This document shows, piece by piece, positions 28,843 through 37,691 of a DNA stretch of 64,000 nt. Position 1 is the first letter of the stretch. The number at the start of each line of letters is the position of its first letter. The position numbers and the translations under genes were made by a program. The notes beneath the pieces are model-generated. The model did not search any database. It had not been told where the DNA came from and was given only the letters and a program-made list of their open reading frames with translations. Source of the DNA: Planctomycetota bacterium (GTDB lineage Bacteria; Planctomycetota; Phycisphaerae; UBA1845); contig JAUWWQ010000019.1 in assembly GCA_030616775.1 (NCBI GenBank), positions 1,130 to 65,129 of the forward strand, written 5' to 3'.

Positions 28843-29964
28843 TCAGCCGGCCAGTGACCGGAGAATCTCGCATCCCTTACGAATCTTCTCGTCGGGTGCG
28901 GCGTAGCTGATCCGGAAATGGGTGTCGCGCTCGCTAAACACCTCGCCGGGGATGATCAGGACGTTGCGACGGATCGCTTCCTCCACAAACGCGGTGCCTG
29001 ACGGGAATCGCTTGGGGGCCTTGGGAAACACGTAGAACCCGCCCGATGGCTTGACGAACTCGAACGCACCCTCCAGCTCCGAGCATACTAGATCGCGTTT
29101 GGCCCGGTAGGCGGCCACCTGCGCGGACATATCGGTGTCCATGGCCTCGAGGGCACCGAATTGTGCGGGTTGCGGAGCGCACACGAAAGTATACTGCTGC
29201 AACTTGGCCATCTCGCTGATCACTTTGTCGGGCCCCGCGGCGTAGCCCAGTCGCAGACCTGTCATCGCATATGACTTGGAGTAACCGCGAAGCAGCAGCG
29301 TTCGATCCGGGGCGAAGCGGACCGGGCTGGGACTGGTGCCATCATAGGTGAGCACGCAGTAAATCTCGTCGCTGACCACCAGCAGATCATGTTTCTCGGC
29401 GAGCCGGGCGACGGCTTGCACATCATCCGCGCTGTGGACGACGCCGGTTGGGTTACTCGGCGAGCTCAGCAGGATCATCTTCGACTTGTCGGTGATGGCG
29501 GCTGCGAAGCGCTCCGGGTGGAGTTGAAAATCGTCATACAAGTCCACCAGCACGGGCACGCCGCCGACCAGACGAACCAGATGTTTGTAGGACACGAAGT
29601 ACGGATCACCGACCAGCACCTCATCACCGGGATTGATGCAGGCCATCAATGCCAAGAGCAACCCGCCGGAGACGCCCGAAGTCACAAACAGGTCAGGTTC
29701 CCAGTCGAACTCCTCCTTGAGCTTACCGGCGATGCGCTCACGCAGTTGGGGCAGCCCTCTGGTTACCGTGTAACTATTCCGGTTTTCCCGGATCGCCCGG
29801 ATCATAGCCTCTTTCACGTTCTGGGGTACGGCGAAATCAGGCTGCCCAATCGACAGATCGATCGGGTCCTTCAACGTGGCTCCCAGGTCAAAAACACGGC
29901 GAATCCCCGACGAACCGATTGGCTTTACGTGCTCGGCGACGAACTGTTGACCGGTCATGGGCAT
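28843..29964 (-). CDS. PLP-dependent aminotransferase, class I/II (AspC-like)
   Basis: 373 aa. The PLP-lysine motif is YSKSYAMTGLRLGY, with SSPSNPTG and an overall fold-type I pattern. Confidence 0.9.
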   Translation of the reverse strand: MPMTGQQFVAEHVKPIGSSGIRRVFDLGATLKDPIDLSIGQPDFAVPQNVKEAMIRAIRENRNSYTVTRGLPQLRERIAGKLKEEFDWEPDLFVTSGVSGGLLLALMACINPGDEVLVGDPYFVSYKHLVRLVGGVPVLVDLYDDFQLHPERFAAAITDKSKMILLSSPSNPTGVVHSADDVQAVARLAEKHDLLVVSDEIYCVLTYDGTSPSPVRFAPDRTLLLRGYSKSYAMTGLRLGYAAGPDKVISEMAKLQQYTFVCAPQPAQFGALEAMDTDMSAQVAAYRAKRDLVCSELEGAFEFVKPSGGFYVFPKAPKRFPSGTAFVEEAIRRNVLIIPGEVFSERDTHFRISYAAPDEKIRKGCEILRSLAG

Positions 29965-30002
29965 AGAAGGACTCCGGGCGTAGGAGCACCCGGTTGGAAC
30001 CG

Positions 30003-30239
30003 CTACTTGCTCTCTTTCTCTTCCGATGCGGCTGTCTCGGCCTCCTGCTCCTGCTTCAGGGTCTTGTCCTTCTTTCCAACAGCGACCTTGCGGTGGGCCA
30101 CCTTCGGCAGGCCCATCACCTTGATATCCTCAGTCCAGCGGCCCAACTCTTTCAGGCGTTCGATCCGCTCGGCGCGCGTGAGCACGTTGCGGTGCCGCGT
30201 GAGTGAGCTTTTCGACTTGAGTGACCTGTCCATCGACAT
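30003..30239 (-). CDS. Small basic protein (conserved PVC-type small protein)
   Basis: 78 aa. SLKSKSSLTRHRNVLTRAERIERL...GLPKV resembles the small basic protein family (TIGR04137-like). This assignment is from memory only. Confidence 0.6.
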   Translation of the reverse strand: MSMDRSLKSKSSLTRHRNVLTRAERIERLKELGRWTEDIKVMGLPKVAHRKVAVGKKDKTLKQEQEAETAASEEKESK

Positions 30240-30254
30240 CTGTTCAACTCCCGT

Positions 30255-31133
30255 TTACCAACTATCGCCCTTGAGCGTTTTGAAATACCCCTCCAGCTTA
30301 TATCCCCCACCGGAGGCGAAATACTGCGCCCCGACGGCATGGACCTTCTCCAGCAACTGATCGGACATTTCGCGCTGCGTCCGGTCCTCACGATTATATC
30401 CCTGCGTCGTGATCAACTGTATTGCCCCGCTCGGGTAGCAAACCAGTTCCGTGGCCACACCGTGCTCAGTCAGAAACTCTCGGGCTCGCTGGGCATCGTC
30501 CCGGCGCCCCACGGAGAATTCCTGGGCCACAATGTAGGTGTGGTCCCGAATCCACTCGGGGCCTTCCGAGTCCACAGCCATCTCGCCGGTTACCGGGTCA
30601 GCCACCGCCGCATCCGCAGCCGGCTCTCTCAGAAGGTCGCTGATAAGCTGCGTAGCCGGCGGTTGTCTTCGGGCCACTTCGATGTCGCTCATGGCGTCAG
30701 CTACATACGACGCCCGACCCGTCGCATGTCCGCGCTTAAATCCTCCTTGATCGCCGAGGCGCCGACCGAACTCGAACACGCCCAGCGCGATCACCATAGC
30801 GGCGAAAACCGCCACGGCGGCCGTGACGCTGGTGAGCGATATCCGAATCCGGTCGCCGTCCAGCTCGATAAACGGGCCGTCACCGCTTGCGCTGCTCCGC
30901 TCCTCACGGGGCTTGACCGGGCTGGAAGCCTTCTCGGGGAGCGTGGGGGCCGCCCCTGTGGCGTCCCGTGACTCTTGCCCGGGGTCCCGCCGCCCCTGTA
31001 GGTTGTCGGTTTGGGGCTCCGTCGCCTCGTCTTGGCCAAGCAGGTCGAATAGCGCGGGCCCACGCTTCGATCTAGGCATCGTTTGCGCCTCCGCGCGGCT
31101 CGGTTGTTTGCTCACAAAAGGATACCGCGCCAA
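30255..31133 (-). CDS. Hypothetical membrane-anchored protein, C-terminal SPOR-like domain
   Basis: 292 aa. It has a disordered N-terminus, one TM helix (VTAAVAVFAAMVIALGVF), and a C-terminal alpha/beta region (YIVAQEFSVGRRDDAQRAREFLTEHGV...). Confidence 0.55.
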   Translation of the reverse strand: MARYPFVSKQPSRAEAQTMPRSKRGPALFDLLGQDEATEPQTDNLQGRRDPGQESRDATGAAPTLPEKASSPVKPREERSSASGDGPFIELDGDRIRISLTSVTAAVAVFAAMVIALGVFEFGRRLGDQGGFKRGHATGRASYVADAMSDIEVARRQPPATQLISDLLREPAADAAVADPVTGEMAVDSEGPEWIRDHTYIVAQEFSVGRRDDAQRAREFLTEHGVATELVCYPSGAIQLITTQGYNREDRTQREMSDQLLEKVHAVGAQYFASGGGYKLEGYFKTLKGDSW

Positions 31134-31273
31134 TGACAGTTTGCAAGGCGGTGGGCGAAGCGCCAGGCAATGGCCCGGTCAGCTCCTGCAACATGTTCAC
31201 CCCGAAGGATTGGATCGACGCGGCGTGCACCGAGGTTTGCAGGCTGCCATCCACGCGGTAGGATAGTGTACCA

Positions 31274-31347
31274 GGGCGATTAGCTCAGTTGGCTAGAGCG
31301 TTCGGATCACACCCGAGAGGTCACAGGTTCGAGTCCTGTATCGCCCA
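31274..31347 (+). tRNA. tRNA-Val (anticodon CAC)
   Basis: A hand-folded 74-nt cloverleaf. Acceptor GGGCGAT/ATCGCCC, D arm GCTC-AGTTGGCTA-GAGC, and anticodon arm TTCGG-ATCACAC-CCGAG (U33, CAC, A37). T arm ACAGG-TTCGAGT-CCTGT and discriminator A. CCA is not encoded. Confidence 0.9.
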
Positions 31348-31349
31348 TT
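31303..31349 (+). repeat. Direct repeat copy 1 (3' half of tRNA-Val; attL-like)
   Basis: cggatcacacCcgagaggtcacaggttcgagtcctgtatcgcccatt is identical, except for 1 nt, to 32874..32920. Confidence 0.85.
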
Positions 31350-31404
31350 GGATATTCGGGCCAGAAACGCGGATTTGACTTTAAATCCGCCGTTTAATGT
31401 ATGT

Positions 31405-32115
31405 ATGGCCGAATCCAAGCCACCGCCGAAACGCAAGCGAGGTCGCCCGGCTAAGTTTGTGGAAGATTACGAGGGCAACCCCATCGTGGGGCTGAGCCTT
31501 CACAAAGCCGACGTGCGATACTACGCCACTGGTTCCAAACCCACCAGATACTTCGGCACGAATTACGACGAAGCCATCGTCAAGTTCCGCGAATGGCAGG
31601 CCCGGCAGCGCAAGGAGTATGTCACGCTCCCGGCGGAACGACCCGCTGGCTCGTTCAAGGGCAAGGACTTTCGGGTGGGGGAGCCGCACGTTTACGCCGA
31701 CATCCCGACCGAATCCTACAGCGCGAGCGTTCTCGACGCGGATTTCTGGGCGAAGGTTAGCTGGGCCATCAGGCAGCACCCACACCTAGCGGCAGAAAAG
31801 ACGGGTCTCCCCTTGGATCGTCTCCATCAGTTCAAGGCTCCTGAGAAATCATTGCCTCTTTCCGAGATCGGCCAAGCCTACATCGACCGACCGGAACAGA
31901 TGTCATACCAATACAGTCATGACACGAAGCGGCAGTGGGGGGAGTTCCTCGATGTCGTCGGCAAGACAGCGACCGTAGCAGATGTCTCAGCCGCAGATGT
32001 CCGGAAGATACGTTATGCGCTGATCACCCGCCGACGCATGAGCAGTAGTGTACCCGCGGCCAACACGAGCAAGGTCATCGCCACCAAGCCCCACTCGGAG
32101 ACAGTGGGGATGTAG
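31405..32115 (+). pseudogene. Tyrosine-recombinase (phage integrase)-like N-terminal fragment, truncated
   Basis: It lies immediately 3' of the tRNA. It has a basic N-terminus (KPPPKRKRGRPAKF) and a SAM-like-domain-type segment (LSEIGQAYIDRPEQMSYQYSHDTKRQWGEFLDVVGK..VADVSAADVRKI). No catalytic R..HxxR..Y region is present. From about 32010 the reading frame is just the antisense of the lectin gene tail. Confidence 0.45.
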
Positions 32116-32687
32116 TCGGCTATGGAATACTCTACGACATAGTTGCCAACACGTGCACCCCCAAGGTTTGCGCCCCCTGCATCATTCCATTTGCCGTACG
32201 ATGCGGGGTTGTCCACAAGATTGCTGTAGATTTCGGCTACTTCTTCTCCGGGAGGCGTATTGTTGGGCTCGGGTGCTGCCCAGTTCGTGTAGCTCCACGC
32301 TTCCCCAGTGATCCATTCCCAACCGCCGTCTGGTTCTGGGCTTCCCACCGGCTGGTATGCACCTACCCAGTACATCAGAGAAGGAGCCGACTGGACGAGA
32401 TTGACGTAAATGAAGTCGCTCTCTGCCTGTGAAGTGATGGTCGCAAGGTGCCCGCTAACCCCAAGAAATGTCAGCGATTCAGCTTCTGTTCGCGCCTCGT
32501 ACCACGTTGTGTCTTCCGTCACCTCAATCAGTTCGTAGTAATGCCCATTGCCTCCGGCAGCCATCGGCCACTCAATCGGCTGGGCAAAAACAGTTTGGCC
32601 GGCAACTGACAATAAAACAGCGACCGTCGTGGCAAACGCTGTGCACACCATGATTTCTCTCCCTTCAAGAACTGGCAAACCTAGCAA
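32013..32687 (-). CDS. C-type lectin domain protein with IPTL-CTERM tail
   Basis: A signal peptide is followed by a CTLD pattern: GHYYELIE..TWYEARTEAESL...GHLATITSQAESDFI...YWVGA...WEWITGEAWSYTNWAAPEPNN...WNDAG. The C-terminus is IPTVSEWGLVAMTLLVLAAGTLLLMRRR. Confidence 0.8.
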   Translation of the reverse strand: MLGLPVLEGREIMVCTAFATTVAVLLSVAGQTVFAQPIEWPMAAGGNGHYYELIEVTEDTTWYEARTEAESLTFLGVSGHLATITSQAESDFIYVNLVQSAPSLMYWVGAYQPVGSPEPDGGWEWITGEAWSYTNWAAPEPNNTPPGEEVAEIYSNLVDNPASYGKWNDAGGANLGGARVGNYVVEYSIADYIPTVSEWGLVAMTLLVLAAGTLLLMRRRVISA

Positions 32688-32873
32688 CAGACGTAGTATA
32701 CCGTCGAGCGGGGTGGGCGCAAAGACAGTCTCACGTCGCGGTCGGCGCCGGGTTCCGTATCTTTGATACGCAATAACGCAAAATCACAGGCAAAGAACGC
32801 AAGGCTTGCAGTCTGGAAACCGCCCTGCTAAGCTCAAAATCGAGGTTACGGACTACGTTGGCTGGCTCTGGCG

Positions 32874-32920
32874 CGGATCACACTCGAGAGGTCACAGGTT
32901 CGAGTCCTGTATCGCCCATT
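32874..32920 (+). repeat. Direct repeat copy 2 (orphan tRNA-Val 3' half; attR-like)
   Basis: cggatcacacTcgagaggtcacaggttcgagtcctgtatcgcccatt. No 5' half of a tRNA lies upstream. Confidence 0.85.
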
Positions 32921-33088
32921 GTCCCCAGTCTCGCCGAATGCAAGGTCTATCGCCTACCTGCCCAGGTTGAGGAGTGCGGACCGAAGGTTTGGGAATCGGG
33001 CGCGTACCGCATTTGGGCCTCTGAGGATGCAGTTCTGATGCGTGTCCCGCGAACTAGGCCAATCTTCGTTTCTGCGTAGCGGGTTCTT

Positions 33089-33406
33089 TCACCGCGCAAG
33101 GTTGCTTACGGGCGACAGGCTACGGCCGGCACGGGCGCCGGCCGCGACATCGTTCAGGCTCTCCGCCACATCGGAATGGTCGCCCGCAAACAGGTTCCGG
33201 CGCATTGCCAGCGCCTCGCGGAAGAGCGGCTCGGTCGCGTCGTAGTCGCCCTTCTCATAGAGCAACACGGCTTGCGCATTGACTGCCCTTGCGTACTCGG
33301 CGCTCTCCCGATCGTGCAGCCGCCGGCCCGATTCCTCCCAACGCCAACGCGGCAGTGTATCTGCAATTGATGGCGCAGGTATCCGCAAACTCGTCGGGCT
33401 CGTCAA
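33089..33406 (-). pseudogene. TPR-type fragment (probable gene remnant)
   Basis: It contains a single TPR_12-like unit (AVLLYEKGDYDATEPLFREALAMRRNLFAGDHSDVAESLNDVA). Upstream sequence continues in another frame (…FVQYWESEEPALLKTEENIDEPDEF…), suggesting a broken larger gene. Confidence 0.35.
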
Positions 33407-33696
33407 TATTCTCTTCCGTTTTGAGTAGCGCAGGCTCCTCGGATTCCCAGTATTGCACGAAACTGTTATCCAGCATATGCGCGAGGCTCGTGACCGCCGC
33501 AGCGACAGTGTCCGGGCGTAGATTGCGGCAATTCAGGCCGAAGAACCGCCCTACAACGTCTTGACACACCCCTACCGGTTTTCCTACAGTGGCGTCAGCG
33601 CGCTGGCGGGGTAGCACTGTGCGCTCTCCCGGTGATGTTCGGGTGGGGGGCTTGGTCGAAAGACCGCCCCGGGAAGGCCTATAAGGAGGAGATATT

Positions 33697-35874
33697 ATGA
33701 AGCACGGCAGAGTTACAGCAACATCGTTTGCGGCAGTATTGAATCCGCTTGCGGTATTAGGCCCACTTGCGGGTATCGCCGCGAGTCTGGCGGGGGCGCT
33801 GCCCGCCCGGGGCGCGGACGTGCCCTTCACCGAGCACGTGATCTCGACAACCGCTGACGGGGCCACTTCCGTTTTCGCGACGGACGTGGACGGCGACGGG
33901 AACACCGACGTCCTCTCCGCGTCAGCGCATGACGACAAGATCGCGTGGTACGAAAGCGACGGCGGCTCGCCCCCGACCTTCACCGAGCGAGTGATCTCGA
34001 CCACCGGCAACGGCGCCTATTCCGTTTTCGCGACGGACGTGGACGGCGACGGGGACACCGACGTCTTCTCCGCGTCATGGGACAAGATCGCGTGGTACGA
34101 AAGCGACGGCGGCTCGCCCCCGAACTTCACCGAGCGGGTGATCTCGACCACCGCAGACGTCGCCACTTCCGTTTTCGCCACGGACGTGGACGGCGACGGG
34201 AACACCGACGTCCTCTCCGCGTCATTCTATGACGGCAAGATCGCGTGGTACGAAAGCGACGGCGGCTCCCCCCCGAGCTTCACCGAGCGGGTGATCTCGA
34301 CCGCCGCAGACAAGGCCCGGTCCGTTTTCGCGACGGACGTGGACGGCGACGGGGACACCGACGTTCTCTCCGCGTCATACGATGACGACAAGATCGCGTG
34401 GTACGAAAGCGACGGCGGCTCGCCCCCGACCTTCACCGAGCGGGTGATCACTGAAGATCCAGATGGCCCTGGTGGGGTGGAGGGCTTCGCCGACTTCGCC
34501 GTTTCCGTCTTCGCCACGGACGTGGACGGCGACGGGGACACCGACGTCCTCTCGGCGTCATGGCTTGACGATAAGATCGCGTGGTACGAAAGTGACGGCG
34601 GGTCGCCACCGACCTTCACCGAGTGGGTGATCACTGAAGATCCAGATGGGGCTGGTCCCCTGCAGGGGTTCGCTGACGGGGCCGAAACCGTATTTGCGAC
34701 GGACGTGGACGGCGACGGGGACACCGACGTCCTCTCCGCGTCAGAATTGAACGACAAGATCGCGTGGTACGAAAACGACGGCGGCTCGCCCCCGACCTTC
34801 ATCGAGCGGGTGATCTCGACTACCGCCGACTACGCCGATACCGTTTTCGCGACGGACTTAGACGGCGACGGGGACACCGACGTCCTCTCCGCGTCATTCG
34901 ATGACGACAAGATCGCGTGGTACGAGAACACGACGCCAACGTGCGGTAACGGCGTGGTTAACCCCGATGAGGAGTGCGACGGAGGCCTCGGTTGTACTGA
35001 CTGCCTTTGCGACGCGGGGTTTGAACCGACGGATCCGCCGTCTCTCGACTGCTGCCCGGATAGCGATCTGGACGGTATCTGTGACAATGACGACAACTGT
35101 CCGACGGCACCCAATACACTCCAAACCGATACAGACAGTGACGGGCCTGGTGATCTTTGCGACATCTGCCCGGCCGATTCGGCCGACTCGTGCGATCCGG
35201 ACGGGTCGACTGCGCAGGAAATCCCCTCGGACGATGGGGGAACCATTGAGACCTCTGACGGGCAATTGACCCTCGATATCCCACCGGGGTCCCTACCGGA
35301 GGATACCACGATCTCGGTTACCCAAACGATGACCTTGCCGAACGATCCCCCGGAGGACGTAAAGCTTACGTTCGGAAACGGGATCGGGCAGGTGATCGCC
35401 GAGTACGATTTCCAGCCCGATGGATTGGAGTTTGACCCACCGGCGACCCTTACGATTGTCGCGGACGTGTCCGATCTGAACGCGACTCAGCGGAGCAACC
35501 TCAACATCTATGTATTCGATCCGGACCTGAACAAGTTTGTCCCCTTCGAGCCGCCGGCCTGCACCGTCGATGAGAATCCGCCTGGGACATTCATTGCAAC
35601 GTGCATCATCGAGGTGAGCCACTTCTCGCGCTTCGGCGTGATCGCCCCGACGGACACGGACGGCGACGGCATACCCGATCTATTCCCGCCGCAGGCAGAC
35701 AACTGCCCGACCGTACCCAACCCGGGGCAAGAAGACAGCGACGGCGATGGAGTTGGTGACGCTTGCGACGAGAACATTATCCCCACCGTGTCCGCATGGG
35801 GCCTGGTGATCATTACGTTACTGCTGCTGGCCGGGGCGAAGGTCTACTTCCGCCGGCGTCCAGCGACAGGGTAA
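33697..35874 (+). CDS. Seven-blade FG-GAP/VCBS beta-propeller protein with thrombospondin type-3-like Ca-binding repeats and IPTL-CTERM tail
   Basis: A signal peptide is followed by 7 repeats of [45 protein letters not shown]3-like motifs [31 protein letters not shown] and DTDGDGIPD...[24 protein letters not shown] follow. The C-terminus is [28 protein letters not shown]. Confidence 0.85.
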   Translation: MKHGRVTATSFAAVLNPLAVLGPLAGIAASLAGALPARGADVPFTEHVISTTADGATSVFATDVDGDGNTDVLSASAHDDKIAWYESDGGSPPTFTERVISTTGNGAYSVFATDVDGDGDTDVFSASWDKIAWYESDGGSPPNFTERVISTTADVATSVFATDVDGDGNTDVLSASFYDGKIAWYESDGGSPPSFTERVISTAADKARSVFATDVDGDGDTDVLSASYDDDKIAWYESDGGSPPTFTERVITEDPDGPGGVEGFADFAVSVFATDVDGDGDTDVLSASWLDDKIAWYESDGGSPPTFTEWVITEDPDGAGPLQGFADGAETVFATDVDGDGDTDVLSASELNDKIAWYENDGGSPPTFIERVISTTADYADTVFATDLDGDGDTDVLSASFDDDKIAWYENTTPTCGNGVVNPDEECDGGLGCTDCLCDAGFEPTDPPSLDCCPDSDLDGICDNDDNCPTAPNTLQTDTDSDGPGDLCDICPADSADSCDPDGSTAQEIPSDDGGTIETSDGQLTLDIPPGSLPEDTTISVTQTMTLPNDPPEDVKLTFGNGIGQVIAEYDFQPDGLEFDPPATLTIVADVSDLNATQRSNLNIYVFDPDLNKFVPFEPPACTVDENPPGTFIATCIIEVSHFSRFGVIAPTDTDGDGIPDLFPPQADNCPTVPNPGQEDSDGDGVGDACDENIIPTVSAWGLVIITLLLLAGAKVYFRRRPATG
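33835..34930 (+). repeat. Coding tandem repeat (7 units of about 150-185 nt) inside the FG-GAP gene
   Basis: Long stretches are repeated almost verbatim, e.g. tccgttttcgcgacggacgtggacggcgacggg(g/a)acaccgacgtcctctccgcgtca and gatcgcgtggtacgaaagcgacggcggctcgcccccga. Confidence 0.85.
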
Positions 35875-36019
35875 AGTCATCGCCCTCTGGGTGTACGGCT
35901 TGACGTCGCGTAGGATGATACCTTTCTGGTGGGCGTGCTGTACCGCATCGCAAGTCGCCGTTCACCCAACAGGGGTGATCCACCGCCACGGGCGGTGTCA
36001 GCTCGCAGCCTGGTGGCCC

Positions 36020-36316
36020 TCAGACCCGGAACGAATCGCCGTCGTCGTCCTCCTCGTCGTCATGCTTCCAGCGGTCGGCCTCGTCGACCTCGTCGATCTC
36101 CCGCTCCATATGTTTGAACATCTTTTCTTGAAGCGGGGCGAGTCGCTGGTACATGTCGAGGGTGGCCTGGTGCGACCTGGCAATCACAGTGAGCTGGACG
36201 AGCTGCCATTTTGCCAGACACTCGGGTTCCTTGATGGTGGCAAACGGGTTGCAGGTCAGTTCAGGTGAACCGTCGGGTCCCTGGCGAAAGAATTCACAGT
36301 CTTGGCACTGGAGCAT
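36020..36316 (-). CDS. Hypothetical Cys-containing small protein with acidic tail
   Basis: 98 aa. MLQCQDCEFF...TCNPF...PECLAKW, followed by a coiled/acidic C-terminus. No family recognised. Confidence 0.5.
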   Translation of the reverse strand: MLQCQDCEFFRQGPDGSPELTCNPFATIKEPECLAKWQLVQLTVIARSHQATLDMYQRLAPLQEKMFKHMEREIDEVDEADRWKHDDEEDDDGDSFRV

Positions 36317-36642
36317 GGCTCTTAATCCTCCCGGATTGCCCGGAGGGGCGAAAAATCACATATAGCATTTCCCCTGGTCGCAGGCAACCGCACCGCTCAC
36401 AGTGCTGCAAGTCGGGCAGGCTGCTACCAGTCAGATCGATTTTTTCGGAAGATTTTTCTTGCATGAAGGGCCGATATCTGAGAGATTGAGTTCCTGCCAG
36501 TAAGTCCTCTTACCGACCCGTCCCCCCCATGGGTCGGTTTCCCCAAGGCCCGGTCCACCCCGCCGGGCCTCTTGTTTGCGCGCCGCCAAACGCACTACCC
36601 GCTGCTCGGCAAGGGATAAAACGCCGCACACATCCTTCGACG

Positions 36643-37200
36643 CTATCCGCCGATGTTACCGGTTCGTTCAAGAATGGCTTCGAGAATACGACGCTCGGCG
36701 GCTTTGTCGCGGCCGATGTTTTGCCACACCACGTTTTGCTCGTCAGTTGTGGCCGCCTCCCGATCGATCGGTGTTTCATCCGGCGTGTCGGAAATCATGT
36801 GGTCGCGTCGGAACATGCGATGAGCTTCGGTCGTTTGCTCTTGAATTGCCACCTTGCAGTAAACGTTGACCGCGTCCCTGCTCTGGGTGACCCGAACGTG
36901 GACCACACGGCGCAGGCGGCTTCGCGAGGCTACCCGGGTCGCAACATGGGCGCGTTCAGCATCCGGCGTCGTTGCTGTGGGCTGCGTGATGATCTCACCT
37001 GTAGCCGGGTCAGCCAGCCCGATCTTGTAGCCGAGGTCGACAAGCGTGGTACGTGCGGTCCAAAAAACGGCTGCTGCGTCGCCGCCTTGAACGTGCCGAA
37101 CGCCGTAGTTGAGCGGCGATGGGCCAGGTGAAGCGCACCCCCCAACCAAGAGCCATATTACGCACAGCCAGGCGATGCTCCAATGACGGGCGCAAGACAT
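36643..37200 (-). CDS. Hypothetical lipoprotein
   Basis: 185 aa with the lipobox WLLVGGC. Confidence 0.6.
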   Translation of the reverse strand: MSCARHWSIAWLCVIWLLVGGCASPGPSPLNYGVRHVQGGDAAAVFWTARTTLVDLGYKIGLADPATGEIITQPTATTPDAERAHVATRVASRSRLRRVVHVRVTQSRDAVNVYCKVAIQEQTTEAHRMFRRDHMISDTPDETPIDREAATTDEQNVVWQNIGRDKAAERRILEAILERTGNIGG

Positions 37201-37241
37201 GCCGCTATTATCGAGCGCCTTACCGACGATGCAAGGGGGGT

Positions 37242-37586
37242 CTATTCCGGCTCGATCTGGACGCTGGCCAGGCCGGTAGCCACGTTGTCTGCGAACTCGA
37301 AGACCTTGTCGAGGCCGGTTGCAAGGAACAAGCCCCAGGCCTTGGTGTTAATCCCACAAAGCACGAGCCGTCGCCTGTTACCTGTCAGCTTCTTAAGTAG
37401 CGTAAGGAGCTTGGCGAGGCTGGAGGAGTTAAGGTAATTGACGCCGGCGAAGCTCAGCACTACGTCGACGTCTTTCTTGGAATCCAGCTCGTCCACAAGG
37501 GCTGTCAGATCGTCGGTAAACGCCGGATCATCCTGGAGTTCAACGACCAGTATGCTGTCAGACCACCTTTCAATTGACACAGGCAA
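37242..37586 (-). CDS. STAS-domain anti-sigma-factor antagonist (SpoIIAA/RsbV-like)
   Basis: 114 aa. ILVVELQDDPAFTDDLTAL...VVLSFAGVNYLNSSSLAKLLTLLKKL..RRRLVLCGI. The conserved phosphorylatable Ser context is NSSSL. Confidence 0.85.
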   Translation of the reverse strand: MPVSIERWSDSILVVELQDDPAFTDDLTALVDELDSKKDVDVVLSFAGVNYLNSSSLAKLLTLLKKLTGNRRRLVLCGINTKAWGLFLATGLDKVFEFADNVATGLASVQIEPE

Positions 37587-37691
37587 AGCTCCTGGGTTTG
37601 GCAGTGAGACACCGTAGCCGCGTTGCTCCGCGCTGTCAATCGCGCACCCCGGCTTCCTTGAATACGGGCGTAACAGCTCAGCCTCGTCTGG

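Larger units (their letters stand above)
31348..32873. mobile_element. Decayed tRNA-Val-associated integrative element (about 1.5 kb remnant)
   Basis: It is bounded by the 47-nt direct repeat of the tRNA 3' half. It contains an integrase-like N-terminal fragment next to the tRNA, and a visibly lower-GC cargo gene (C-type lectin). Confidence 0.55.

Noticed and set aside
28649-28906. An 85-aa ORF (GTG start) converging on the aminotransferase 3' end. It has a plausible helical sequence (VAKLIRSLERDPERVQTYYGELEAAIRWLMD).
   Set aside because: It has no Shine-Dalgarno and no recognisable family, and it overlaps the aminotransferase stop region. The support is insufficient to call a gene.
32013-32687. 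The C-type lectin fold protein as a diversity-generating retroelement (DGR) target.
   Set aside because: The window contains no reverse transcriptase gene. No template-repeat copy of the 3' end of the gene was found. The domain looks like a classical CTLD (WND motif) rather than the DGR-type CLec/FGE fold.
33835-34930. The regular repeat of about 150-185 nt looked superficially like a CRISPR array or satellite.
   Set aside because: The repeats are in frame inside one long ORF and encode FG-GAP blades. There is no repeat-spacer architecture. No CRISPR array was seen anywhere in the window.
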